Counted from the first letter of the stretch, positions 14,290 to 24,025 are shown. The stretch is DNA of 64,000 nucleotides from an uncultured delta proteobacterium (GCA_963727485.1 CAVSGM010000001.1:416001-480000), one strand, 5' to 3'. A program made the numbers and translations. The notes: generated by a model not told the origin, from the sequence alone.

Positions 14290-15240
14290 ATGGCGCTCTC
14301 AATCCTCTTCCTCATGGACCCGCCGGAGACGGTGAACGTCGACCGGGACACCACCTTCGCCTTCATGCTCGAGGCCCAGAGCCGGGGCCACCGGGTCGCC
14401 TACGCGCGCAAGGAGTGGGTCTACCACCTCGGCGGCGTCACCCGGACCCGGTGGCAGCCGGCGACGGTGGCGAGGGCGCCGCACCCGGATCACGTGAAGC
14501 TCGGGCCCGTGGAGGACGGGCCCCTCGAGGACCACCAGGTGGTCTTCGTCCGCCCCGACCCGCCCTTCGACATCGAGTACGTCAAGCTCACCTGGCTCCT
14601 CGACGCGGTGGACCGGAAGCGGACCTTCATCCTCAACGAGCCCGCGGGGATCCGGGGCGCCAGCGAGAAGCTCTACACCCTGCGCTTCCCCGAGCTCTGC
14701 CCCAGGACCCTGATCACCCGGGAGGTGCCCCGGCTCCGCGCCTTCCTCGACGCCCTCGGGGGCCGGATGGTGGTCAAGCCGGTGGACCTCATGGGGGGCT
14801 ACGGGGTGTTCGTGGTCGACGCCTCCGACGCCAACCGGAACGCCATCCTCGAGACCTCCACCCGCGACGGGAAGGACCTGGTGGTCGCCCAGGCCTACCT
14901 CCCCGAGGCCCGGGAGGGGGACAAGCGGATCATCGTCCTCGACGGCGAGCCCATCGGGGCGACGCTGCGCGTGCCCGCGCCCGGGGAGCACCGGGGGAAC
15001 ATCCACGTCGGCGCCACCACCGAGCACGCGGAGCTCACCGAGGCCGACCTGCACATCTGCGAGACCCTGGCCCCGCACCTCAAGGACGACGGGCTCTACT
15101 TCGTGGGTCTCGACGTCATCGGCGGCAAGCTCACCGAGGTGAACGTCACCAGCCCCACCGGGGTGCAGGAGATCGACCGCCAGAGCGGCCTGAAACTCGA
15201 AGCCCGGGTCCTCGACTTCGTCGAGGCCCGGGCTCCTTGA
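14290..15240 (+). CDS. gshB: Glutathione synthase
   Basis: FLMDP...DTTFAFMLEAQSRGH, R.DPPFD, EKLYTL, GDKRII, RGNIHVG, FVGLDVIG..LTEVNVTSPTG. Confidence 0.96.
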   Translation: MALSILFLMDPPETVNVDRDTTFAFMLEAQSRGHRVAYARKEWVYHLGGVTRTRWQPATVARAPHPDHVKLGPVEDGPLEDHQVVFVRPDPPFDIEYVKLTWLLDAVDRKRTFILNEPAGIRGASEKLYTLRFPELCPRTLITREVPRLRAFLDALGGRMVVKPVDLMGGYGVFVVDASDANRNAILETSTRDGKDLVVAQAYLPEAREGDKRIIVLDGEPIGATLRVPAPGEHRGNIHVGATTEHAELTEADLHICETLAPHLKDDGLYFVGLDVIGGKLTEVNVTSPTGVQEIDRQSGLKLEARVLDFVEARAP

Positions 15241-15260
15241 GAAGCTGAAGGGTCGAAGAC

Positions 15261-15554
15261 CTACTTGGTCTCGGCCTTCTTCTCCATCTTCTTCTTGGCG
15301 TGGTGCGCCTTCTTCTTCATGGCGTGCTTCGCATGCTTCTTGGCGTGGTGCTCCTTCTTCGCCGCATGCTTGGCCATCTTCTTGGCGTGGTGCTTCTTCT
15401 CCGCCTTCTTGGCCATCTTCTTGTGGTGGTGGTGCTTGGCCTTCATCTCCTTCTTGGCCGGGGCCGGCGCAGCAGCGTCGGCGGCGAAGGCCGCGGTGGA
15501 GAGCCCGAGGGCAGCGAAGGCGACAATCATCATCTTGGCGAGGTTGCGAAGCAT
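15261..15554 (-). CDS. Small secreted His/Lys-rich protein (acid-shock Asr-like)
   Basis: AGGAG RBS; signal peptide ending STAAFA; mature part about 73 aa with 27 Lys and 13 His. Confidence 0.75.
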   Translation of the reverse strand: MLRNLAKMMIVAFAALGLSTAAFAADAAAPAPAKKEMKAKHHHHKKMAKKAEKKHHAKKMAKHAAKKEHHAKKHAKHAMKKKAHHAKKKMEKKAETK

Positions 15555-15905
15555 GTCTGGTGCTCCTGTAGGTGCGGCAACGTGCCGCGGTTCAACTGCC
15601 GCGTAAGCCGGTCGGCAGAGTTCGGAAGGCGCGCCCCGAGGCCTATTCCATCGGGAGGCGTGCCGATTCGGACGCACCGGCGTCCGCGAAAGGTACGAGC
15701 GGGGAGGATCCCCTCCATGTTTCCTGGCGGAGGCAGGCACGCCTCCGAGTCGTATTGACCAAAGTTTTGCCTGCCTTGTGGTCCGCCGTAGCCGTAATGG
15801 CGGGCTCCTCTAGACCACGGACCCCCGAGGGGCGCCCAAGGTAAAGCGGAGAATGTCCGGCGGCGCCCGGGATGGCAAGCCCAAAACGTCCCCCCCGCAC
15901 GCCCC

Positions 15906-16934
15906 CTAGGATGCCAACCGTGCCAAGCTGCCGAGCGCCCGGCGCCGCTCGCCCCGGCCCCGGAGGAAGCGGCGGAAGGCGAAGGCCCCGGCGACGGCGA
16001 GGACGAGGTACCCGGGCCAGCCCAGGGTGCCCACGGTCAGCGCCTGGTAGCCCACGGTGCCCATGATGAAGTAGCTGGTGGCCTGGTTGACCACCCCGTG
16101 GCCGAGGGCCGGGGCGACGACCGAGCCGCTCGTCTCGAAGAGCCACTGGAGCACCGGCGAGAGGAGCACGCAGAAGCCCACGAAGAGGCCGGCGCCGAGC
16201 CAGGGGTGCCCCGGGTAGTTGTGGCCCATGAGGATGATGGGCAGGTGCCACAGGCCCCAGATGGCCCCGGCGACCAGAAGGCCCGCGGGCCGGCCGAGCA
16301 GGCGCATGAGGATCGGGGTGAGGTGGCCCCGCCAGCCGAGCTCCTCGCCGAGGGCGAAGGGCAGGCCGAGGACCGGCCCCACGATCACCGCCTGGACGAA
16401 GAAGATCGCGTGGAGGCCCAGCTTGGGCATCTTGTCGAAGTGGGCCACGTCCTGGCCCTGCTGCACCAGGAGCTCCCGGTAGTGGGTCAGGGCCCAGTCG
16501 AAGTGGGCCGGGCCCACCAGGTAGCTGACGGCGAAGGCGGCGACGACCACCCCCAGGGGGATGACGAAGGCGAGCAGCCAGCCCCGGTAGAGGCCGAAGG
16601 TCAGGCCCAGGTCCCGCAGCGGCTGGCGCACCACCGCCCCCCGGACCACCAGGGCCGCGATCCCCGGGCAGAGCATCATCCCAAAGAGCCCGGCCTCGAG
16701 GGCCAGGTGGTCGCCCATGGTCTTGGGGGGGACCCGGAGGGCGTCGGGGCCGTAGTGGACGTAGAGGACGGCGGCGAGGCCCCAGGCGAGGCCGAAGGCC
16801 AGGACCAGGTAGACCGAAAGCGATCGGACGAGGCGCCGGGTGGGGACGCCCTCGGTGGGATCGACCGGGGGCGGGAGGCCCTTGTCCGGGGCGTCCTCGG
16901 GGGCCGGCGCGTCGGGGGGCGTGGGGTCGCTCAC
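15906..16934 (-). CDS. CPBP (CAAX/Abi) intramembrane glutamic endopeptidase
   Basis: GEELGWRG, WGLWHLP, HGVVN motifs; multiple TM segments. Confidence 0.9.
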   Translation of the reverse strand: MSDPTPPDAPAPEDAPDKGLPPPVDPTEGVPTRRLVRSLSVYLVLAFGLAWGLAAVLYVHYGPDALRVPPKTMGDHLALEAGLFGMMLCPGIAALVVRGAVVRQPLRDLGLTFGLYRGWLLAFVIPLGVVVAAFAVSYLVGPAHFDWALTHYRELLVQQGQDVAHFDKMPKLGLHAIFFVQAVIVGPVLGLPFALGEELGWRGHLTPILMRLLGRPAGLLVAGAIWGLWHLPIILMGHNYPGHPWLGAGLFVGFCVLLSPVLQWLFETSGSVVAPALGHGVVNQATSYFIMGTVGYQALTVGTLGWPGYLVLAVAGAFAFRRFLRGRGERRRALGSLARLAS

Positions 16935-17098
16935 CGGGCGGCGATAGCACCGGGCCGCCCGGGCGGGCAAGGGCGCGGGGGCGGGCCTGGCCGAGGGGGT
17001 CGCCGCGGGGCCGGGGGCGGAGCCCGGGTTTTCCCGCCCGCCATGGCGACTACCCTGCCCTCGGGGGCCGGGTCCGGGCGCCCTGGCCGGGGGGGCCG

Positions 17099-18118
17099 AT
17101 GACCGAGCACATCCTGCTGTGGAGTGCCTTCGTGGTGGCGGCGGCGGCCATCACCGCGGCGGGGACGGTCCTGTCCCGGCAGGGGAACGTGATCGCGGTC
17201 CACAGCGGCCTCGGGGGGACCTGGGTGGGGGTGGTCCTCATCGCCTCGGTCACCTCGCTCCCGGAGCTCGCCACCGGGGTCAGCGCGGTGACCGTCGCCG
17301 GCACGCCCGACATCGCCGTGGGCGACGCCTTGGGCAGCTGCGTGTTCAACCTCCTCATCATCGTGGTCCTCGACTTCGTCGCCCGGGGCGAGTCGGTCTA
17401 CACCCGGGCCAGCCGCGGCCACGTGCTCTCCGCCGCCTTCGGGATCGTGCTGCTCGGGGTGGTGGCCTTCAACCTGCCCCTGCCCGGGGTCAAGCCGCCG
17501 CCGTCGCTCTTCCACGTGGGCGTCTACACGCCGATCCTCATCGCCGGCTACCTCCTCTCGATGCGCACGGTGTTCCGCTTCGAGAAGCAGGTGGCCCTCG
17601 AGGCGACGGGGCCCGAGCCCCCGTTCCGGGACCGGGCGAAGCTCCGGGGGGCCCTGTGGCGCTTCGGGATCGCGGCGATGGTGGTGGTGGTCGCCGGGGC
17701 GTCGCTGCCCTTCATCGGGGAGCGCCTCGCGACCTTGATGCACCTGAAGCAGACCTTCGTGGGCACCCTCTTCGTGGCGCTCGCCACCTCGCTGCCGGAG
17801 GTGGTGGTCACGGTGAGCGCCCTGCGCATCGGGGCGGTGGACATGGCCATCGCCGACCTCTTCGGCTCCAACCTCTTCGACCTGCTCATCCTCGCCATCG
17901 ACGACCTCCTCTTCTTCAAGGGGCCGATCCTCTCGGACGTCTCGGTGGGCCACCGGCTCACGGTGGTCACCGCGATCATGATGACCGGCATCGCCATCGT
18001 CGGCCTCCTCTACCGGCCGAAGAAGCGGGTGCTGAAGACGGTCGGGTGGGTGAGCCTCTTCCTCCTGGTGCTCTATGTCCTCAACGCCTACGTCCTCACC
18101 CTCGCCGGCGAAGGCTGA
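17099..18118 (+). CDS. Sodium:calcium antiporter (CaCA/YrbG-like)
   Basis: Two alpha repeats TSLPEL...GDALGSCVFN and TSLPEV...ADLFGSNLFD. Confidence 0.88.
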   Translation: MTEHILLWSAFVVAAAAITAAGTVLSRQGNVIAVHSGLGGTWVGVVLIASVTSLPELATGVSAVTVAGTPDIAVGDALGSCVFNLLIIVVLDFVARGESVYTRASRGHVLSAAFGIVLLGVVAFNLPLPGVKPPPSLFHVGVYTPILIAGYLLSMRTVFRFEKQVALEATGPEPPFRDRAKLRGALWRFGIAAMVVVVAGASLPFIGERLATLMHLKQTFVGTLFVALATSLPEVVVTVSALRIGAVDMAIADLFGSNLFDLLILAIDDLLFFKGPILSDVSVGHRLTVVTAIMMTGIAIVGLLYRPKKRVLKTVGWVSLFLLVLYVLNAYVLTLAGEG

Positions 18119-18128
18119 CGCGCCGCGG

Positions 18129-20759
18129 GTGCCCCCTGGCTTCTCGGGCAACGGCCTGCGGCCCTGGACGGTGCCGGCCGCGGAGGTCGCGCGCCGGGCC
18201 GGGGTGGAGGTGGCCACGGGGCTCTCGCCGGAGGTCGCCGCGGCGCGCCTCGCCGAGCACGGGCCCAACCGGATCACCCAGGGGAAGCGCCGGGGGCCCT
18301 GGCGCATCGTCCTCGCCCAGCTCGCCGACGTGATGATCCTGATCCTCCTGGTCGCGGCGGTGGTCTCGGGGCTCCTCGGCGAGGTCCTGGACGCGGCGGC
18401 AATCGTGGCCATCGTGGTGCTCAACGCCATCGTGGGCTTCGTCCAGGAGTACCGGGCGGAGAAGGCGATGGACGCCCTCCAGGCGATGGCGGCGCCGGTG
18501 GCGAGGGTGCGCCGGGGCGGGCGGGCTCTGACCGTCGACGCCGGCTCGGTGGTGCCCGGCGACGTGGTGCTCCTCGAGGCCGGGGCCATCGTCCCCGCGG
18601 ACCTGCGGCTCACCGAGGTGGCGCGCCTGCGCACCCAGGAGGCGGCGCTGACCGGCGAGTCGGCGCCGGTGGACAAGACGGTCACCCCCGGGACCGACGC
18701 CGAGGCCGGGGTCGGCGACCGGCTGGCCATGGCCTTCAAGGGGACGCTGGTGGTCTACGGCCGGGGCGAGGGGGTGGTCACGGCCACGGCCATGGACACC
18801 GAGCTCGGGCGCATCGCCCGGCTGCTCCAGGCCGAGGCCCCGGGGATGACGCCGCTCCAGAAGCGCCTCTCGGCCTTCGGGCGGCGGCTGGCGATCGGGA
18901 TCCTGGTGCTCTGCGCGGTGCTCTTCGGGATCGGGGTGCTCCGGGGCGAGGCGCCCCTGGTGATGTTCCTGGTGGCGGTGAGCCTGGCGGTGGCGGCGAT
19001 CCCCGAGGCGCTGCCGGCGGTGGTCACGGTGGCGCTGGCGCTCGGGGCCCGGCGGATGGCGGCGCGCCACGCCCTGGTCCGGCGCCTGGCGGCGGTGGAG
19101 AGCCTGGGGTCGGTCACCTGGATCTGCGCCGACAAGACCGGGACCCTGACCCAGAACCGGATGGAGGTCGACGACGTGTGGGTCGCCTCCGAGGACCTGC
19201 GCGACGCGCTCCACCGGGCGATGTGCCTGAACAACGACGCCCGCAGCGACGAGGATGGCTCGGTCCACGGCGACCCCACGGAGGCGGCGCTCCTGGTCGC
19301 CGCCGCGGAGGTGGGGCTCTACCGCGGGGACGTGGAGGCGGCGCGCCCCCGGGTGGCCGAGCTGCCCTTCGACTCCGACCGCAAGCGGATGACCACCTTC
19401 CACCGGGACGGCGAGGCGGTGATCGCCTACACCAAGGGCGCCCCGGAGGCGGTGTTCGACCGGTGCCCCGACGGGGCGGGGCGGCAGCAGGCGGCGGAGG
19501 CGGCGGCGGCGATGGCGGCGAGGGGGCTCAGGGTGCTGGCCTTCGCCCGGCGGGGGTGGGAGGCGGTGCCGCCACAGCTCGCCGACGGCGCGGACCCGGC
19601 GGAGGCCGACGCGGTGGAGTCGGGTCTCACGCTGCTGGGCCTGGTGGGGCTCATCGACCCGCCGCGTCCGGAGGCGCGCCACGCGGTGGACGAGTGCCGG
19701 GAGGCGGGCATCGTGCCGGTGATGATCACCGGCGACCACCCGGCGACGGCCCGGGCGGTGGCCACCGAGCTGGGGATCCTCGAGGCCGGGGCCGAGGTGC
19801 TCACCGGCGCCGACCTCCGGGCGCTGCCCGCCGAGGCGCTGGCGGCGCGGGTGGAGAAGGTCCGGGTCTACGCCCGGGTGGACCCGGAGCAGAAGATCGA
19901 CATCGTGAAGGCGCTGCAGGCCCGGGGGCAGTTCGTGGCGATGACCGGCGACGGGGTCAACGACGCGCCCGCCCTGCGCCGCGCGGACGTGGGGGTGGCG
20001 ATGGGGCTCGGGGGCACGGACGTGGCCCGGGAGGCGTCGGCGCTCATCCTCCTCGACGACGACTTCGCCACCATCGTCGCCGCGGTCGAGGAGGGCCGGC
20101 GGATCTTCGACAACATCCGCAAGTTCGTGCGCTTCGTCCTCGGGGGGAACCTGGGCGAGATCCTCACGGTGTTCCTGGCGCCCCTCATCGGCCTGCCGAT
20201 GGCGCTGTTGCCCATCCAGATCCTGTGGGTGAACCTCTTGACCGACGGGCTCCCGGGGCTGGCGCTCACGGTGGAGGGCGCCGAGCCGGGGGTGATGCAG
20301 CGGCCGCCGCTGAAGCCCGGCGCCGGGATCTTCGACCTGGGCGTGGCGCGCCACGTGGTCGGCGCCGGGACCCTCATCGGCGCCCTGACCCTGGGGACGT
20401 TCTGGGTGGCCGAGCACCTGGGCCTGCCCGAGTCCCGGACGCTGGCGTTCACGGTGCTCACCTTCGCCCAGATGGGGCACGTCTCGGGGGTGCGGGCGAC
20501 CCGGGCGTCGACGTTCTCGCTGGGGCTGCTCTCCAACCGGTTCATGCTGGTGGCGGTGGGGCTGACGGTGCTGCTCCAGCTCGCGGTGGTCTACCTGCCG
20601 CCGCTGCAGGTGGTGATGAAGACCCAGGCGCTGACGCTTGCGGAGCTGGGGCTCGCGGCGGGGCTCGCGGGGGTGGTGTTCTTCGCGGTGGAGACGGAGA
20701 AGGCGGTGCTCCGGCTCATCGATCGGCGGCGGGCACGGCGCGGGCCGCCGGCGGCGTAG
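18129..20759 (+). CDS. Cation (probably Ca2+)-transporting P-type ATPase, type IIA-like
   Basis: TGES, AIPEALP, DKTGTLT, KGAPE, MITGD, MTGDGVNDAPAL, WVNLLTDGLP. Confidence 0.95.
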   Translation: MPPGFSGNGLRPWTVPAAEVARRAGVEVATGLSPEVAAARLAEHGPNRITQGKRRGPWRIVLAQLADVMILILLVAAVVSGLLGEVLDAAAIVAIVVLNAIVGFVQEYRAEKAMDALQAMAAPVARVRRGGRALTVDAGSVVPGDVVLLEAGAIVPADLRLTEVARLRTQEAALTGESAPVDKTVTPGTDAEAGVGDRLAMAFKGTLVVYGRGEGVVTATAMDTELGRIARLLQAEAPGMTPLQKRLSAFGRRLAIGILVLCAVLFGIGVLRGEAPLVMFLVAVSLAVAAIPEALPAVVTVALALGARRMAARHALVRRLAAVESLGSVTWICADKTGTLTQNRMEVDDVWVASEDLRDALHRAMCLNNDARSDEDGSVHGDPTEAALLVAAAEVGLYRGDVEAARPRVAELPFDSDRKRMTTFHRDGEAVIAYTKGAPEAVFDRCPDGAGRQQAAEAAAAMAARGLRVLAFARRGWEAVPPQLADGADPAEADAVESGLTLLGLVGLIDPPRPEARHAVDECREAGIVPVMITGDHPATARAVATELGILEAGAEVLTGADLRALPAEALAARVEKVRVYARVDPEQKIDIVKALQARGQFVAMTGDGVNDAPALRRADVGVAMGLGGTDVAREASALILLDDDFATIVAAVEEGRRIFDNIRKFVRFVLGGNLGEILTVFLAPLIGLPMALLPIQILWVNLLTDGLPGLALTVEGAEPGVMQRPPLKPGAGIFDLGVARHVVGAGTLIGALTLGTFWVAEHLGLPESRTLAFTVLTFAQMGHVSGVRATRASTFSLGLLSNRFMLVAVGLTVLLQLAVVYLPPLQVVMKTQALTLAELGLAAGLAGVVFFAVETEKAVLRLIDRRRARRGPPAA

Positions 20760-20888
20760 GTGGACGGGGTCGGCGGGTCCGGGGCCCGCGTCCTGCCGCG
20801 GTGCGGCGTGGGGGCGCGCGCCGGGTCTGGTACTCTGCTTCCCTCGCCGCCGGGCTCGCCACGGGCCCCGGGGCGCAGGGGAGGCACC

Positions 20889-21437
20889 ATGAACGTCAAG
20901 GGAAGCGCCTGGCTCGCGCGTCGGTCCATGCTCATCGCCGAGTTCGGCCAGGCGGCCTACGACGACTTCATCGGCGAGCTGCGCCGCGAGGACCCCACCT
21001 TCGACGTCCCCTCGCTGCCCTCGAGCAAGGTGCCCATCGAGGGCTTCCTCAAGTTCAACGACCGGGCCATCGACCGGTTCTACGAGGGCGAGCTGGAGAC
21101 CTACTTCACCTTCGGCGCCGCCTCCGCCGACTACTTCTCCAGCGGCGGCCCCTACCAGAAGACCTTCTTCTCCGCGGACTGGCACACCTTCCTCCGCCGG
21201 GCGCCGCTGCTGTGGACCCAGGTCTACGACGAGGGGGCGGTGCAGGTGATCGACGGCGAGACCATCGAGGTGCGGGTGGTGCGCGCCCCGGTGAAGCACG
21301 TGTACTTCGAGTACTTCATCGTCGCCTTCGTGGAGCGGGGGATGGAGATCCTCCGGGCGCCGAAGCATCGCCGCGAGCGGGTACACGGCTTCTCCAACGG
21401 CGACGACGAGGTCTACTACCGGTTCCTGCGGGCGTGA
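20889..21437 (+). CDS. Hypothetical protein, myxobacterial TIGR02265/DUF2378-like
   Basis: GGAGG RBS; N-terminal VKGS motif, APLLWTQVYDEG, C-terminal YYRF; family assignment from memory of pattern only. Confidence 0.55.
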   Translation: MNVKGSAWLARRSMLIAEFGQAAYDDFIGELRREDPTFDVPSLPSSKVPIEGFLKFNDRAIDRFYEGELETYFTFGAASADYFSSGGPYQKTFFSADWHTFLRRAPLLWTQVYDEGAVQVIDGETIEVRVVRAPVKHVYFEYFIVAFVERGMEILRAPKHRRERVHGFSNGDDEVYYRFLRA

Positions 21438-21467
21438 GTCCCCGCGCGGGCCCGGGACCCGCTCGCG

Positions 21468-22079
21468 TCACCCGCGGTGGAGGCGGTACCACCTGGGCTC
21501 GGCGCGGCTGATGACGCCGGGCACGCCCCGGAGATCCTGGGGCGCATCCTCGACGACCTCCCAGCCGCGGTACACCTCCTCGATGTCCTGGCGGCTCATC
21601 CCGTGGGGCAGGGGGCCGCGGGCCTTCGGGGTGAAGGCGAGCATCAGGAGATCGGCCTCCCGGGCGGCGACGCGATCGACCTGCAGGGCCACGGCCTGCT
21701 GGGCCCGGTGCGAGAGCCCGTGGACGGTGCCGAAGTCCATGATCAGGCGGAACCCGCGTCCGAGCCCCAGGCGGTCGAGGGCGGTGATGTCGCCGTGGAC
21801 CAGGCGCAGGTTCACCCCGGCCTTCACCGCCCGGGCCTGGGCCCGCTTGAGGGCCTTGGGCACCTGGTCGACGCCGGTCACCCGCCACCCGCGCCGCGCC
21901 AGCTCCACGGCCCAGTTGCCGGTCCCGCACCCGAGGTCGAGGACGTCGCCCAGCGGCAGGCCCTGGTCGGCCTCGACCCGGTCGAACATGCCGTGCACCT
22001 GGCCCGCGATGGGCAGCCCCGGCATCTCCTCCCAGGGGGTGAAGCCGACGGTGTAGAGCACTCGATAGACCAGGCTCAT
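21468..22079 (-). CDS. Class I SAM-dependent methyltransferase
   Basis: VLDLGCGTG motif I, VTGVD, HGDIT; AAGGAGG RBS. Confidence 0.88.
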   Translation of the reverse strand: MSLVYRVLYTVGFTPWEEMPGLPIAGQVHGMFDRVEADQGLPLGDVLDLGCGTGNWAVELARRGWRVTGVDQVPKALKRAQARAVKAGVNLRLVHGDITALDRLGLGRGFRLIMDFGTVHGLSHRAQQAVALQVDRVAAREADLLMLAFTPKARGPLPHGMSRQDIEEVYRGWEVVEDAPQDLRGVPGVISRAEPRWYRLHRG

Positions 22080-22200
22080 GGTGCCTCCTTGGCCCGGCGG
22101 CGCGGGGGTCGGCGCGGACGGCCGGCGTGCGTCGCGCGGGCCGGTGGTCCTCCCGGGCGCCGACGGTAGGGGGCGGCAACCGGGCCCGCAAGACGGGGGA

Positions 22201-22366
22201 TCACGGCTGGAGGATCTCCGGGGCCAGGAGCACCAGGGTCCCGGTGATCTCGCCGCCCTCGAGGCGGGCGTAGGCCTCCTGGGCCGCGAAGTGCGCGACC
22301 ATCTGGTCGCCTTCGCGGACCTTGGTGACCCGTCCGCCGCCGGCGTCCAGCAGGTCCTGGCCCCAC
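22201..22366 (-). pseudogene. Probable internally deleted remnant of a medium-chain (zinc-binding-type) dehydrogenase/reductase
   Basis: Unlisted frame reads WGQDLLDAGGGRVTKVREGDQMVAHF joined directly to AAQEAYARLEGGEITGTLVLLAPEILQP*, resembling MDR N- and C-terminal segments. Confidence 0.4.
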
Positions 22367-22429
22367 GGTCCCGTCGCGGCCTTCCCGGCCTGAGGCCCGG
22401 ACCCGCCGCGGGCGCCTTGAACTTCGCGC

Positions 22430-22485
22430 TTGCGCTGGAGCTGTTTAGCGCTACTATCTACCGGTAGTCAGTCAGACTATGTAGA
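22430..22485 (+). promoter_or_regulatory. Putative sigma70-type promoter with palindromic PadR operator
   Basis: TTGCGC-N16-TACTAT followed by TCTAC..TAGTC-AGTCA-GACTA..GTAGA inverted repeat just upstream of padR. Confidence 0.55.
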
Positions 22486-22500
22486 CCAGGGAGGCCACGC

Positions 22501-22830
22501 GTGGGCAAGCAGATGACGGAGATGCTCAAGGGCACCTTGGAGGGCATCGTCCTCGCGATCCTCTCCACCCGGCCGGCATACGGGTACGAGATCACGGCGT
22601 GGCTTCGGGACCACGGCTTCACCGACATCGCCCAGGGGACCGTGTACGCGCTGCTCATCCGGGTCGAGCGGCGGGGCTTCGTCGACGTCGAGAAGGTCCC
22701 CTCGGAGAAGGGCCCGCCCCGCAAGGTCTACTCGCTCAACGCCGAGGGGCGGAGCTACCTCGACGAGTTCTGGACCACCTGGAGCTTCCTCGCGGAGCAG
22801 CTCCAGCAGCTTGAAGAAGGAGGCAGATGA
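22501..22830 (+). CDS. PadR-family transcriptional regulator
   Basis: MLKGTLEGIVL...YGYEI...GTVYALL.R.E..G...GPPRKVYSL..EGR. Confidence 0.93.
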   Translation: MGKQMTEMLKGTLEGIVLAILSTRPAYGYEITAWLRDHGFTDIAQGTVYALLIRVERRGFVDVEKVPSEKGPPRKVYSLNAEGRSYLDEFWTTWSFLAEQLQQLEEGGR

Positions 22831-23210
22831 CCATGTTCGGTTCCAAGCTCATCTCGAAGGTGATCGGAGAGAAGGGCCGCTGGCGCGAGTACCAGGCCCG
22901 GGCGCGGCGGCTGCCGCCGAGCCATCGCACGGCGGTCGAGGCCCTGGAGCGGTACCTGATGTACTTCGGCGGGGCGGACGGCACCGGGGCGTCGGCGATG
23001 TTCGAGGACCTGGTGGAGCTCTTCGAGCAGAGCGCGGCGAGCGCCACCCCGGTACGCGAGATCGTCGGCGATGACCCGGTGGGCTTCATCGACGGCTTCA
23101 TCCAGAACTACCCCGAGGGTCGCTGGCGCGTCCGGGAGCAGCAGCGGCTCATCGACGCCATCGAGCGCGCCGAAGGCCAGGCCACCCGCGGAGAGGAGAC
23201 CTCGCCATGA
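22827..23210 (+). CDS. DUF1048-family protein
   Basis: KGRWREYQARARRLP...YLMYFG...LVELFEQSAA...IVGDDPVGF; ATGA-coupled between padR and the ABC ATPase. Confidence 0.8.
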   Translation: MTMFGSKLISKVIGEKGRWREYQARARRLPPSHRTAVEALERYLMYFGGADGTGASAMFEDLVELFEQSAASATPVREIVGDDPVGFIDGFIQNYPEGRWRVREQQRLIDAIERAEGQATRGEETSP

Positions 23211-24016
23211 CCACACAAGCGTCCCCGGCGATCCAGGTGCGCGGCCTTCAGAAGGCGTACCGCGAGGTGGCGGTGCTGCGCGGGGTGGACCTCTCGGTGG
23301 GGCGGGGCAGCATCCTTGCCCTGCTTGGGGCCAACGGCGCCGGCAAGACCACGGTGGTGCGGATCCTGTCGACGCTGCTGGCCGCCGACGGGGGGACGGC
23401 CACGGTCAACGGCCGGGACGTCGCCACAGAGGCCGCGGCGGTGAGGGCGTCCATCAGCCTCACCGGGCAGTTCGCCGCGGTCGACGAGATCCTCACCGGG
23501 CGGGAGAACCTGGTGCTGGTGGCGCGGCTGCGGCACCTCGCCGACCCGGGCGCGGTCGCCGAGGCGCTGCTCCAGCGCTTCTCGCTGACCGAGGCGGGCG
23601 ACCGGAAGGTGTCGGCCTACTCGGGGGGCATGCGGCGCCGGCTCGACCTCGCCATGAGCCTCGTCGGAGATCCGAAGGTCATCTTCCTCGACGAGCCCAC
23701 CACCGGCCTCGATCCCGAGGCGCGCCTCGAGGTGTGGCGGGCGGTGAAGGCGCTCGCCCACCAGGGCGCCACGGTGCTGCTCACCACCCAGTACCTGGAC
23801 GAGGCCGAGCAGCTCGCCGACCGGGTGGCCATCCTCCACCAAGGCCGGGTGGTGGTCGACGGCACCCTCGCCGAGCTCCGGGCGCTGCTGCCGCCCGCCA
23901 CCGTCGAGTACGTCGAGAAGCAGCCGACCCTCGAGGAGATCTTCCTCGCCATCGTCGGGAACGGCGCCGATCCCTCAAACGCCGACGCGGCCCGCCCCGC
24001 CTGCCCGTACGCCTAG
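23207..24016 (+). CDS. ABC exporter ATP-binding subunit (DrrA-like)
   Basis: GANGAGKTT, YSGGMRRRLD, IFLDEPTTGLDP, LTTQYL. Confidence 0.95.
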   Translation: MTTQASPAIQVRGLQKAYREVAVLRGVDLSVGRGSILALLGANGAGKTTVVRILSTLLAADGGTATVNGRDVATEAAAVRASISLTGQFAAVDEILTGRENLVLVARLRHLADPGAVAEALLQRFSLTEAGDRKVSAYSGGMRRRLDLAMSLVGDPKVIFLDEPTTGLDPEARLEVWRAVKALAHQGATVLLTTQYLDEAEQLADRVAILHQGRVVVDGTLAELRALLPPATVEYVEKQPTLEEIFLAIVGNGADPSNADAARPACPYA

Positions 24017-24025
24017 GGAGCCATC

